DNA of 64,000 bases. Origin: Candidatus Nezhaarchaeales archaeon (GTDB taxonomy: Archaea > Thermoproteota > Methanomethylicia > Nezhaarchaeales > WYZ-LMO8). Positions 36,727 to 46,022 of the stretch are shown here, in pieces (positions within the stretch are counted from its first letter, which is position 1; every line of letters begins with the position of its first letter). The notes beneath the pieces were generated by a model. The model ran no database searches. It was not told the DNA's origin and saw nothing but the letters and a program-made list of their open reading frames with translations. The stretch spans positions 288,001-352,000 of the forward strand of contig JAWAKK010000001.1 in the NCBI GenBank assembly GCA_038887515.1. Direction: 5' to 3'. The position numbers and the translations under genes are program-made.

Positions 36727-39526
36727 AGGGTTGGGCAGCGTAGTAGCAATGGTCTTCATACTAGGAGCCCTGATAGTAATCTTCATGGCTTTATCCTTTG
36801 GAATGCAACAGCAAGAAAAAGTATGGCAAACGAGAGAGGCAAGTCTCCAAGAGGAGCTCAAGCAGATCGAGGTGGCTAAGTCGGTTAGCGGGGTATGGCT
36901 GTACAATACGGATGAGAAGAAGATAGTTGTTAACATAACTAACGGCTACATAGAGCCAGTAAGGGTGACGGGGCTTGTCGTATACTATGAAGGCGGAGCC
37001 TTTAAGCTTATTAACGGGGAACTTAGCTCGGACGTAGAGGCAAGGATCATTGGGAGCCTACCGAGACAAGTTGATAGCCTACCGATATGGCTAGCACCGG
37101 GCGAAACCCTACAGTTAACGATCGTTGCATACCAGGAGCCAAAGTCCATAGCTTACTCAGTTTCATCGGTAATAGCTCTAGCGGGCTTAGCCATGCAAAA
37201 ATACGTGCAACCGCTCAACGTAACTCCCCCCGTTAACGTTACTCCCGTCCCTACCTACAACCTCAAGCTAATACCTTCAATAGCACGTGACGTGACCGTT
37301 ACAACCATTGGTAGCAAGTTAAGCGATCAAGAAGGTCAATTAAGTAGCGTAGAGGTTCTGAAAGGGATCCACGTAGACGGTGTAGTGGACGACGTGAGAA
37401 GGAAAGGGGATGGCAAGTACTACAATGTAACATCAGCACGAATCTATCAATGGTTAGAAGGATGGCAGTACAGAAGACCAATATACATATCAAGTCAGTA
37501 CGCTCTTTCTAACTACCAAGTCAAGATAGTATTGAATCAATACAACTTCAACTTCTCTAAAGCCAAGCCAGACGGCTCGGACATTAGATTTACGTCGAGC
37601 GATGGAGTGAGTCAAATACCATACTGGATAGAGAAGTGGAATGCTACTAAACAAGAAGCAACGGTATGGGTTAAGGTGAATTTAACTGCGGGCACTACGA
37701 CAATCTTCATGTATTATGGAAGTATAACACCAGTTCCGAGCCAAAGCAACTTAGCAAAAGTAATGGAGAAGTTGCCTGCAAGCGATGGGTTAGGATACAC
37801 AATATACTATGAAGAGTGGATAATGCCTCGGAACCTCTTTACGACAACGGGGTCCCCTCTAGGCGTTGGAGGCGATGATGTTGCACGTAGATTTACTTTG
37901 CCTTTCGACTTCCTTTACTATAATAATACTTATGGAATCATTTGGCTCCACACGAACGGCTTCATATATTTGAGCTTAGAGAACCCGTTTTCTAGCGGTC
38001 CATATGGTAATGCTACATATTTTGGAAGTGATGGAGCCCCAACGTACGCAAGCAACAATCAAAGCTTTATGCTCCACCGACTCATAGCGCCTTTCTGGGC
38101 CGACTTAATAATACGTGGTGATCGAGACATATACGTAAATTCTTCGTTCGTCGACGATTACGGAAGTGGAGTTTACATCAGGTGGTATACGGGGCTCGGT
38201 TGGAATACTCAGAATTTTGGGATTGTTGTGTACAGAAATGGATTGATACGCTTCGATTATGGAGAAATAAGAGCTCTTCATCGAAGTCGTGACACTACTC
38301 AAGTAATTGGGATTAGTTTAGGTGATGGAGCTCACCATACAGTATCATCGTATAACGATAGTAAGCTTAGCGGATATCCTAGCAATGCTAATTCCGTAAT
38401 GTTCTGGCCTAGGAAGAAGGCTTCTATAGAGCCTACAGTCGTCGTAGAGCATGAGGAACCTGTAGGTCTCCTACATGGATGCGAAGTTCTTCTATCTTTT
38501 AACAACATGCCTATGAATGTTTTAAAGCTTAGTATTGATTTAAGTTTAATGTCTAACGTGTCTAACCTAAACGTCACGGTTGCAGTTCAAGAAGTATCTA
38601 ACTGGGTCGAGGTCTATTCAGACAGTATTAATCGAGCTAACTACGTAAAGTCCTTCAGCTTCACCATAGTAAACGGTAGATATGTGGGAGATGGTACGTT
38701 GAAGTTACTTATCCGTGCAGCCTACAATAGTGCCTTCAAGCTATCCATAGACTACGTAAGGGTTAAAGCCTACTATGCTCGGGGTGCTACTCTATACATA
38801 GCCATTCGAGGACTAAATTACATTTACGTATACGATATCGATGACCATAGCTTTTCGTATATAAACGCCAGCTATGGCGGGCGCACAATACTTCATGGAA
38901 CCTCTATCGCTATGACGTTCGACCATACCAGGTCTCGCCTCTTTGTCGTTAGTGGCTCAGCAATATATTACTATGACCCTATCAACGGGACCTGGACTGG
39001 CTTAGCCTTGTCGAGTAGCGTAGGTGATGGTTGCGCGATAGAGTACGTACGAACGATAGATAAGTTAGTCCTATTCGAGGGGGGCGGGGACAACACTGTT
39101 TGGATAATCGATCCGAGCACTGGTATCCCCGAAAGAAACGTTGCCATAGGCATTGTGATAGACAATTACACGGTAACTTCCTGTAATGGCTATAACATCT
39201 ACGTAATAAACGGATCTGCAAAAACCTTAAAAGTTGATGTTTCTAGGTGGCTTGATGACCCTTCGCAAGGCCTCACTTGGCTTGAAGATGCCCCAACCAC
39301 TAGACCCGTCGGTCTCGCTTATGGAGGTGGAAAGCTATGGTTGATCGGTGAGGGAGGCGGTCTCCACTATTACGACTTCGAGAAAAGCACGTGGACCCCC
39401 TATCCACAGCAACCTCCATATATGCCTCAAGGACCGGGAGATAGATTAGAGTATTATAGCGGCAAACTATACCACGTCAGAGCAGGAGGAACGAGGGAAC
39501 TCTGGATAATCGACGTGGACAACTAA
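36710..39526 (+). CDS. Large pilin-like adhesin: DUF2341 + NIDO-like + beta-propeller
   Basis: KG|LGSVVAMVFIL; WLEGWQYRRPI...DGSDIRF...YWIE...WVKV...MYYG; LPFDF...TNG...IAPFWADL; Trp/Tyr-rich propeller-like C-terminus. Confidence 0.8.
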   Translation: MARYTKGLGSVVAMVFILGALIVIFMALSFGMQQQEKVWQTREASLQEELKQIEVAKSVSGVWLYNTDEKKIVVNITNGYIEPVRVTGLVVYYEGGAFKLINGELSSDVEARIIGSLPRQVDSLPIWLAPGETLQLTIVAYQEPKSIAYSVSSVIALAGLAMQKYVQPLNVTPPVNVTPVPTYNLKLIPSIARDVTVTTIGSKLSDQEGQLSSVEVLKGIHVDGVVDDVRRKGDGKYYNVTSARIYQWLEGWQYRRPIYISSQYALSNYQVKIVLNQYNFNFSKAKPDGSDIRFTSSDGVSQIPYWIEKWNATKQEATVWVKVNLTAGTTTIFMYYGSITPVPSQSNLAKVMEKLPASDGLGYTIYYEEWIMPRNLFTTTGSPLGVGGDDVARRFTLPFDFLYYNNTYGIIWLHTNGFIYLSLENPFSSGPYGNATYFGSDGAPTYASNNQSFMLHRLIAPFWADLIIRGDRDIYVNSSFVDDYGSGVYIRWYTGLGWNTQNFGIVVYRNGLIRFDYGEIRALHRSRDTTQVIGISLGDGAHHTVSSYNDSKLSGYPSNANSVMFWPRKKASIEPTVVVEHEEPVGLLHGCEVLLSFNNMPMNVLKLSIDLSLMSNVSNLNVTVAVQEVSNWVEVYSDSINRANYVKSFSFTIVNGRYVGDGTLKLLIRAAYNSAFKLSIDYVRVKAYYARGATLYIAIRGLNYIYVYDIDDHSFSYINASYGGRTILHGTSIAMTFDHTRSRLFVVSGSAIYYYDPINGTWTGLALSSSVGDGCAIEYVRTIDKLVLFEGGGDNTVWIIDPSTGIPERNVAIGIVIDNYTVTSCNGYNIYVINGSAKTLKVDVSRWLDDPSQGLTWLEDAPTTRPVGLAYGGGKLWLIGEGGGLHYYDFEKSTWTPYPQQPPYMPQGPGDRLEYYSGKLYHVRAGGTRELWIIDVDN

Positions 39527-39936
39527 GTTTCTTGGATGAAGTCGAGCATGCATAACAACAAAAGTGTAGCTGGTGTAGCACCATTAAGTGCACACTTTAA
39601 GCTAAGGGCATGTAGCCCACCTAATATTAGCCCGTTGATTTCCACGTTAATTTTAGCTACGAGTTTTCTTCTTACTTCTTAGCTTTTAAGCTTCTAATAA
39701 ATTGAATCATTTTAGCAAAAATCGTTATATCCTTCTTTGATAAGCTCATTAGAGATACGTAAAATAATACTCAAAATAATCTCGATTCACTTTCATCCCC
39801 CTCGAGCTCTTCACCTACTCGTAGCGATCGTTGTCGTGCTCGTAGTACGGATCGTATGCTAGAGAGCAAACTCTTTGACCTGAGAGACAAAAAGCACAGG
39901 ATAAGGTTGCAAGCCCTTCTTCCATGTAACCTAACG

Positions 39937-40878
39937 TCAAAACTCCAGTACCAGCATTAAGATGTAGGATAGCGCGATGAGTATGGCTGTATAGAGGGCT
40001 ACTACAGCAATCACTCCCTTCATGTTTTTCGGGTATCCACCTACTATCCACATAGGTAGCGTTATGATCCTAGCTAACGATCTTGGCAAGGGCACCATGA
40101 ACGGTGCTCTTCTACGGTACTCCTCATATTTTTCTCCATACTTCTTAGTCATTTCGAGCTCCTCGGAGAGGGCAATTCCTATAATTATCATCGTCGATAA
40201 GAGCCAGATAAGCGCTGGAGGAGTTGCGAAGGCCCCTTTTATGTAGGTCTTATAGCTTACAAATATTAGAAGGCCGTAGCTCCAAAGTATGAATCCGAGG
40301 TACTGAGGGTGCCTGCTATACTTGTATATCCAGAAGTCTACTAGTTCATAGCCTCTAAATCTTCCATAAAGCCACGTAGTTACTCCTAGCGAGAAAATGA
40401 GGAGACCAACAAACGTAATTGCTATACCTGCAAGGGACGCGTCGGGAATAATTGAGAACGGCAAGTAGGCTACGCATCCTAACTTTAAGATAGAGGGTGA
40501 GAACTCAAGTATCGGTAGCCAGAGAGCCCTTAAAGCCCCTAATCCCGTGAGAAAGAACATTGCGAACGCAAAGTAGCCGAACGTTGGAATGTACAGAGCT
40601 AGGGAACCTAGAAAAGTTAAAATGCCCCTCCTAGTTGCAAACCCCAAAGCTATTAGAGCAACTGTTGCCGCTAATGCCAAGTATCCAATGGGTCTCAGTA
40701 CGCTAAGCGTCCTCTCGATAGCTTCGATATCGAAGAATACTTCAGGGAGGTATTGTCTAGATATATCGTCAAAAATCCTTGGGATCTCGAAAGTTAGGTA
40801 GAAGATAGCAACAGTAAAGATAGCTGAGAGGACGAGGGCTAATGCGAACCCCCTTCTATGTGGTGGGGTTAAAGTCAT
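39937..40878 (-). CDS. Isoprenylcysteine carboxyl methyltransferase / DUF1295-like membrane protein
   Basis: IYKYSRHPQYLG, EE...YGEKYEEYRRRAPF. Confidence 0.82.
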   Translation of the reverse strand: MTLTPPHRRGFALALVLSAIFTVAIFYLTFEIPRIFDDISRQYLPEVFFDIEAIERTLSVLRPIGYLALAATVALIALGFATRRGILTFLGSLALYIPTFGYFAFAMFFLTGLGALRALWLPILEFSPSILKLGCVAYLPFSIIPDASLAGIAITFVGLLIFSLGVTTWLYGRFRGYELVDFWIYKYSRHPQYLGFILWSYGLLIFVSYKTYIKGAFATPPALIWLLSTMIIIGIALSEELEMTKKYGEKYEEYRRRAPFMVPLPRSLARIITLPMWIVGGYPKNMKGVIAVVALYTAILIALSYILMLVLEF

Positions 40879-41076
40879 GCATTAGATACCAATTTTAGAA
40901 TACTTAAAGTTTTGGGAGTTACCTTAGAATTGAAGGTTGCTGGAAGACTATAAAGAACAGAGTAGAAGTTTCACAGGAACTTGGGGGTCACTTTATGTTG
41001 ACGGTTAAAACATTATGAGTACAGTCTCAACCTTATTGAACGTCTAAGCGAAAAAAGAGAAAAAATATTTGAAAAT

Positions 41077-42675
41077 TTACCTTCGGGCTCTAAGGAAAGC
41101 TCCCGTAAGCGTTTCTCGAAGTAGTTCTTCGCTATGAGGCTTTGTAGCGAAAGCGAGTACAAGCGTTACCGCCGTGCTAGCTATGAATCCTGGGAACACG
41201 GTGTACAACGGTATCTCCAGTACCTTAACAGTTTTGCCCCACGTGGCGAATGAAGCCAATGTGACTATAAAGCCAACAATCATGCTCCACCTAGCTGCAT
41301 GCTTGTTCATTCGCTTCCAATACAATCCTCCAATTATCGGCCAGAAGAAGCAATTGACCATTATCGATAGGGCCGCCCATATGAACCATGCTAGCATTTC
41401 TTGGGGTCCTAGGGCTAAGAGCCAAGAACCCACTCCGGCAATCACGACTACGGCTCTACCGATCCATGCTACGGCTCTTTCAGATATTGTTGGTTTGATG
41501 ACGTTTTTCACAATGTCGTAGGCTACGTTGCTAGCCGCCGTAACCATAAGTCTATCTGTTGTCGACATGACTGCGGCGAGTACCGTTGGTAGCAGAATTA
41601 TGAATAGACCGTATGGTAAGGCCTCCTTAGCCACTGTGGGGTAAGCCATATCGAAGACTATATCTTGCCACTTAAACCCGCTAATGGGCAGTTTATCCGG
41701 TATCTCTATTATTCCTTGAGCCCAAGCAACTCTAGCAGCCATCCCCGCTATGGAGGTTAGTAATATTAGGGGTACGCCTAACACGTACATTATCAGCGGC
41801 CCCCACTTAGTGTACTTAAGGTCTCTGTAACATAGAACGTTGTTGACTATGTGCGGAGCCACCATTAAGCCTAGTGGGACACATAGTCCGAACAGCGTTA
41901 TGTTGTAAGCTATGCCCGCGAGAGGCACATTCACTGGAGCAAACGGTTGATCTAAGAATACCCCGAACTGGTATGTTCTGTTAACACCTCTGACGGTTTC
42001 TTGAATTAATGGTACTTGAGATAGAAGCTCATTTAACTTCTCCCACCCACCGATCCAACTTATCGCTATTGGAACGGTCACGAAGACACCAACTATCATT
42101 AGTATTGTTTGGAGGAACGTAGTCCAAGCAGTCGAGAACATGCCTCCAGCTAGGACGTAGCCGACAACGAGTACCAGTGCTATCAGGGATCCCCAGACGT
42201 ACGGTATCCCTAACACGACTTCGCTTACTATGCCTATTGCAGTGTATTGACCTATTAAGTAGACGAAGCATGTTACTGCAGATATCGCTCCAGCAATCGC
42301 TCTAATAATCTTTGGATCTTCGTAGCGGAGCGCGAAGTAATCCTGTATAGTCCATATCTGATGTTTAGCTCTCAAAACGTACATCTTGGAGCCTATGAGT
42401 ATTGTGCAGAATGCTATGGCAAACGGCGGTCCGATGACCCTCTCCCATAGGTTAGCCCAGCCACTTCGAAAGCCTAGGCCCGCCACACCCACGAGAGTCA
42501 TGCCACTGAAGACCGATCCTATCATCAATAGCACGTAAGTCCAGAAACCAAGTCTTCCTGAAGCAGCCACGAAATCAGCTAGGGTTTTAACCCTCTTAGA
42601 TCCAAAGTAGCCTATTAGGGCTATGATTATAATGTAGACAATGAAAACCATTAAGGCAATAAAGTCTAGTTGCAT
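41077..42675 (-). CDS. Sodium:solute symporter family
   Basis: FSGMTLVGVAG, TIQDY, GQY, GGMFSTAWT, PHIV, AAVMSTTD, LYWKRMN. Confidence 0.92.
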   Translation of the reverse strand: MQLDFIALMVFIVYIIIIALIGYFGSKRVKTLADFVAASGRLGFWTYVLLMIGSVFSGMTLVGVAGLGFRSGWANLWERVIGPPFAIAFCTILIGSKMYVLRAKHQIWTIQDYFALRYEDPKIIRAIAGAISAVTCFVYLIGQYTAIGIVSEVVLGIPYVWGSLIALVLVVGYVLAGGMFSTAWTTFLQTILMIVGVFVTVPIAISWIGGWEKLNELLSQVPLIQETVRGVNRTYQFGVFLDQPFAPVNVPLAGIAYNITLFGLCVPLGLMVAPHIVNNVLCYRDLKYTKWGPLIMYVLGVPLILLTSIAGMAARVAWAQGIIEIPDKLPISGFKWQDIVFDMAYPTVAKEALPYGLFIILLPTVLAAVMSTTDRLMVTAASNVAYDIVKNVIKPTISERAVAWIGRAVVVIAGVGSWLLALGPQEMLAWFIWAALSIMVNCFFWPIIGGLYWKRMNKHAARWSMIVGFIVTLASFATWGKTVKVLEIPLYTVFPGFIASTAVTLVLAFATKPHSEELLRETLTGAFLRARR

Positions 42676-42681
42676 TGATTA

Positions 42682-42851
42682 TCACCCCTTGCTGGCCAAA
42701 TCCTCTGAGCCCTCTCTCCATGTGAGGCCCCAGATAATGAGTATCAGCACTTGTACTGCAATTGGTACAACAAGGGAGACGAAGGTATTCGGTTGTAGCC
42801 CTGCTATTCTATCACAGAACTCTCTTATTGCCTGAATGCATATTGGTGCAT
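42682..42851 (-). CDS. Small single-TM SSS accessory protein; ATG is one base out of frame
   Basis: Frame APICIQAIREFCDRIAGLQPNTFVSLVVPIAVQVLILIIWGLTWREGSEDLASKG* ends 6 nt before the SSS start; GGAGG-preceded ATG at 42851 is off by 1 nt. Confidence 0.55.
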
Positions 42852-43048
42852 AATTCTCCTCCCAGCGTAGGGAGGCTTACGCGCAGAACTATATAAAAAC
42901 TTTTTGGTTAAAGAACTTTAGACCTCCTACCTATAGATTGTTTGAAGAAAGGCTTTAACGTATCATATAGACACTTAATGTTAAGCGATGGTAAGAGAAG
43001 AACCCCTAACTTACGCGCGATTAAGGGTTTTTGAACTTCGTGGAGTAA

Positions 43049-43324
43049 GTGTTAATAGGTTTGTACGTGAAGGCTATTTCTGAGGTGCGATTTATGGTGA
43101 ATGCCTGCGTTCTCGTGAGGACTGAGAGAGGGAGGGGCGATGACGTTGTAGCTAAGGTAAAGCAGATCGAAGGAGTTAAGCTAGCGTTTTCGACTTTCGG
43201 ACGATACGACGCCGTTATAGATTTAGAGGTAGAAGACTATAGGTCGTTAGGACAGCTAGTTCAGAAGATAAGCAGGCTTTCAGGCGTCGTTTTTACTGAG
43301 ACGTTAGTCGAACTTCAAACTTAG
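43049..43324 (+). CDS. Lrp/AsnC ligand-binding-domain-only protein (probable start ATG 43094)
   Basis: VNACVLVR...FGRYDAV...GVVFTETL; GAGGTG RBS before 43094. Confidence 0.85.
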   Translation: MLIGLYVKAISEVRFMVNACVLVRTERGRGDDVVAKVKQIEGVKLAFSTFGRYDAVIDLEVEDYRSLGQLVQKISRLSGVVFTETLVELQT

Positions 43325-43335
43325 GGGGAACATGT

Positions 43336-43560
43336 ATGGTTAACGCAGTTGTATTAATAAAGTCGGTCTCAACTAAACAGGACGAGTTGATTGGCAAGCT
43401 AAAAGTCACGGAGCACGTCAGAAAAGTGTATCCATGTTATGGTAGGTTCGACATCGTTGCATTTTTAGACGCTCCTGACATCGATAAAGTAAAGTTACTA
43501 ACGTTGAAAATAAATTCAATGGATGGCGTTAGGAGCACAGAGACGCTCCTTGAAGCCTAA
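43336..43560 (+). CDS. Lrp/AsnC ligand-binding-domain-only protein
   Basis: VNAVVLIK...YGRFDIVA...GVRSTETL. Confidence 0.85.
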   Translation: MVNAVVLIKSVSTKQDELIGKLKVTEHVRKVYPCYGRFDIVAFLDAPDIDKVKLLTLKINSMDGVRSTETLLEA

Positions 43561-43601
43561 TGGTTAGCTTATATTTTTAAATATTTAACTTGGTGACATG
43601 A

Positions 43602-44267
43602 ATGTGCACTTATAGTTTTAATGCTAAAGCCTTACTTGAGGCTCTCAATTTCGACAAACTTAATGGCTTAATCCCGGTCGTTACCGTTGACGTCTCTACG
43701 GGTAGAGTGTTAATGCAGGCCTTTATGAATAAGGAAGCTCTAATTCGAACTGCCGAAACAGGGTTGATGCATTACTGGAGTAGAAGTAAAAACAAACTAT
43801 GGCTTAAAGGCGAAGAGTCCGGACATTACCAGAAGGTCAAGGCTGTATATCTTGACTGTGATGGCGACTCCCTTCTTTTCTTGGTTGAGCAGGTGGGGGT
43901 TGCTTGTCATAAGGGCAAATTCTCCTGTTTCCACAACAAAACTGAAGACTACATGAAGGAGGAAGAACTAGGTGGTGGGGGATCGATACTTTCTCAACTT
44001 CAAGAAGTTGTGAATCAACGGTTAAAGGAAAAGCCCGAGGGCTCGTACACTTGGAGACTAGCATCTAAAGGCATCCAGGCAGTGCTAAAAAAGATCCACG
44101 AAGAACTATTTGAGCTAACCTACGCATGTCTTAAAGAGGAGGACGAGAGAGTTGTATCTGAAGGAGCTGACCTACTATATCACTTGTTACTCGTACTGGC
44201 TTTGAGGGGCTTATCCATAGAGGATATAATGAGAGAGCTTTCCAAGAGAAGGTATAAGGAAAATTGA
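43602..44267 (+). CDS. hisIE: Bifunctional phosphoribosyl-AMP cyclohydrolase / phosphoribosyl-ATP diphosphatase
   Basis: YWSRS..LWLKGEESGH, DCDGD, ACHKG..SCF; GSYT, KKIHEE, EGADLLYH. Confidence 0.93.
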   Translation: MCTYSFNAKALLEALNFDKLNGLIPVVTVDVSTGRVLMQAFMNKEALIRTAETGLMHYWSRSKNKLWLKGEESGHYQKVKAVYLDCDGDSLLFLVEQVGVACHKGKFSCFHNKTEDYMKEEELGGGGSILSQLQEVVNQRLKEKPEGSYTWRLASKGIQAVLKKIHEELFELTYACLKEEDERVVSEGADLLYHLLLVLALRGLSIEDIMRELSKRRYKEN

Positions 44268-44317
44268 CCTTTAAAGTTCATTATTGATGGACATCAGGTT
44301 GAGGAGAAGATAGAGCC

Positions 44318-45511
44318 TTGGACACGCTGTTTGTTTTAATAGCTACTATAGTGATCATAATAGTCTTGCTCGTCCTTAAAAGACCCGTATACATAGTACT
44401 AGCAATCGCCATATTTCTAGCCTCCCTAATCTATGGAGGCCCTTCGTTCTTAATATCGTCTGCAACTAGAGCCTTGTTGGATCCAGATACTTGGACTCTA
44501 ACCTTAAGCATATTCGCTGTAGCCTCCTTAGCGATGCTATATGGTACAACTGGTATTGCAGCCAGGATGGGCAACGAATTTTCCAAGTGCGTGAGAAATG
44601 AAACTTTAGCTTTAAGTTTAGCTCCAGGCATCATGGGTCTCTTACCCATACCTGGAGGGGCACTCATGTCTGCTCCAATAGTCGATGCCATCGGCGATAG
44701 GCTTGGACTATCGAGATCGAAGAAATCCTTCGCAAATGTATGGTACGAGCACATAATAGTACCAATATACCCGCTGGACCCGATGATAATGGTGGCTTCT
44801 GCCATCTCCGGCTTCTCAATTCCAAGCATCATAGCTAAGCTGTTTCCGATGATCGTAATCATGTATCTCATCGGTCTACCACTCATAGGAGTTAGGCGGT
44901 CAAAAATCCAAGAGAAGGCCGATTACTTGGGCTTATCGAAGGCGCTTTTACCAATACTGCTTGCAGCCGTTATAGCGCTATCTACGCTTTCGTTGGACCA
45001 ACTCTTAGGAGTCAGTAGAGTTTCGATCGTGATTGCGATCTTTATAGCCTTTATAGTCTTCAAGAACTTAAATGGTGTTGATATCAAGACTATTTTAAAG
45101 TGCTTAAGAGACAGGAGGGTATGGGAAATAACAGTTCTGATATTGGAATTAGCAGTGTTCGGAGAAATGATATTGTCAATGGATATGTCGCAAGTTGTGC
45201 CATACCTAGCATCTATAAAAGAGCTAATCCTAATAGGCTTACCGATGTTGCTTGCAGCTTTGGGAGGCCATCCAGCTATTGGTGTAATAGTTGCTATGCC
45301 GATAGCTTTACAGGTAGGTGGTTTCTCCTTAAGTACAGCATGCATGGTCTATTTCTCAGCCTTCATATCGTACTTAATATCGCCGCTTCACTTATGCCTC
45401 GTATATACTATCAGATACTTCAACGCATCACTGAAGGATAGCTACCGATACTTGGTACCCACTGCTATAGCCTTACTTGTTGCATCTTACGTTGTGCTCT
45501 TAATGCTCTAA
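44318..45511 (+). CDS. DUF401 family membrane protein
   Basis: GLLPIPGGALMSAP, NVWYEH, SPLHLCL. Confidence 0.82.
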   Translation: MDTLFVLIATIVIIIVLLVLKRPVYIVLAIAIFLASLIYGGPSFLISSATRALLDPDTWTLTLSIFAVASLAMLYGTTGIAARMGNEFSKCVRNETLALSLAPGIMGLLPIPGGALMSAPIVDAIGDRLGLSRSKKSFANVWYEHIIVPIYPLDPMIMVASAISGFSIPSIIAKLFPMIVIMYLIGLPLIGVRRSKIQEKADYLGLSKALLPILLAAVIALSTLSLDQLLGVSRVSIVIAIFIAFIVFKNLNGVDIKTILKCLRDRRVWEITVLILELAVFGEMILSMDMSQVVPYLASIKELILIGLPMLLAALGGHPAIGVIVAMPIALQVGGFSLSTACMVYFSAFISYLISPLHLCLVYTIRYFNASLKDSYRYLVPTAIALLVASYVVLLML

Positions 45512-45546
45512 AAGTTCTACGCCGTTTATGAAATGGGCTCGGCGGT

Positions 45547-45885
45547 CTAACACGTTAAGTGTAACGTTGCTACGACTTTCTTCTCTTTGCTCTCTTTGTT
45601 GTATAGGTCGCAGGCTTCCTTAGTAGGTAGGACTATGAGCTCTGCACCCCTCCTCTTAACCCATTCTTCCACTTCGCTCAGCACCTTTACGGCTCCATAA
45701 TATCCAGTCCCTATTACCAAGAGTTCAAAATCCTCGGATTCTAAGAGCTTAAGGTCTTCGACGCAGACCTCATGTCCCTTTATTCTCCACCAACTTTTGA
45801 CCTCGCTTAAACTTATAATAACGTCCTTGCTATACTTTTTTCCGTCTATAGTTATTTCTCCAAAATCGTAGCTATCTATGTGCAA
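45547..45885 (-). CDS. Mth938-like domain protein
   Basis: IDSYDFGEITIDG, WWRIKGH, IGTG, LHLTC. Confidence 0.88.
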   Translation of the reverse strand: MHIDSYDFGEITIDGKKYSKDVIISLSEVKSWWRIKGHEVCVEDLKLLESEDFELLVIGTGYYGAVKVLSEVEEWVKRRGAELIVLPTKEACDLYNKESKEKKVVATLHLTC

Positions 45886-46022
45886 ATCGAGCCCCCATCT
45901 AAGTTATGATTATACACAACTTAATAAATAAGACCCTTGATCCTTATGAGGGACTAAAATATAGTTATAATTTAAGATTTAAAGAAGAGTTGCTATGACG
46001 ACTCTTGTCGCGACCTCTTATA

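Noticed and set aside
32902-39526. Integrated mobile element spanning the Hjc-like gene, recombinase and pilins
   Set aside because: Includes the core lipid gene DGGGP synthase; no att repeats, tRNA target, replication or capsid genes seen
39527-39936. Short minus-strand frames between the adhesin and the methyltransferase
   Set aside because: Multiple stops and no recognisable product; at most a decayed remnant
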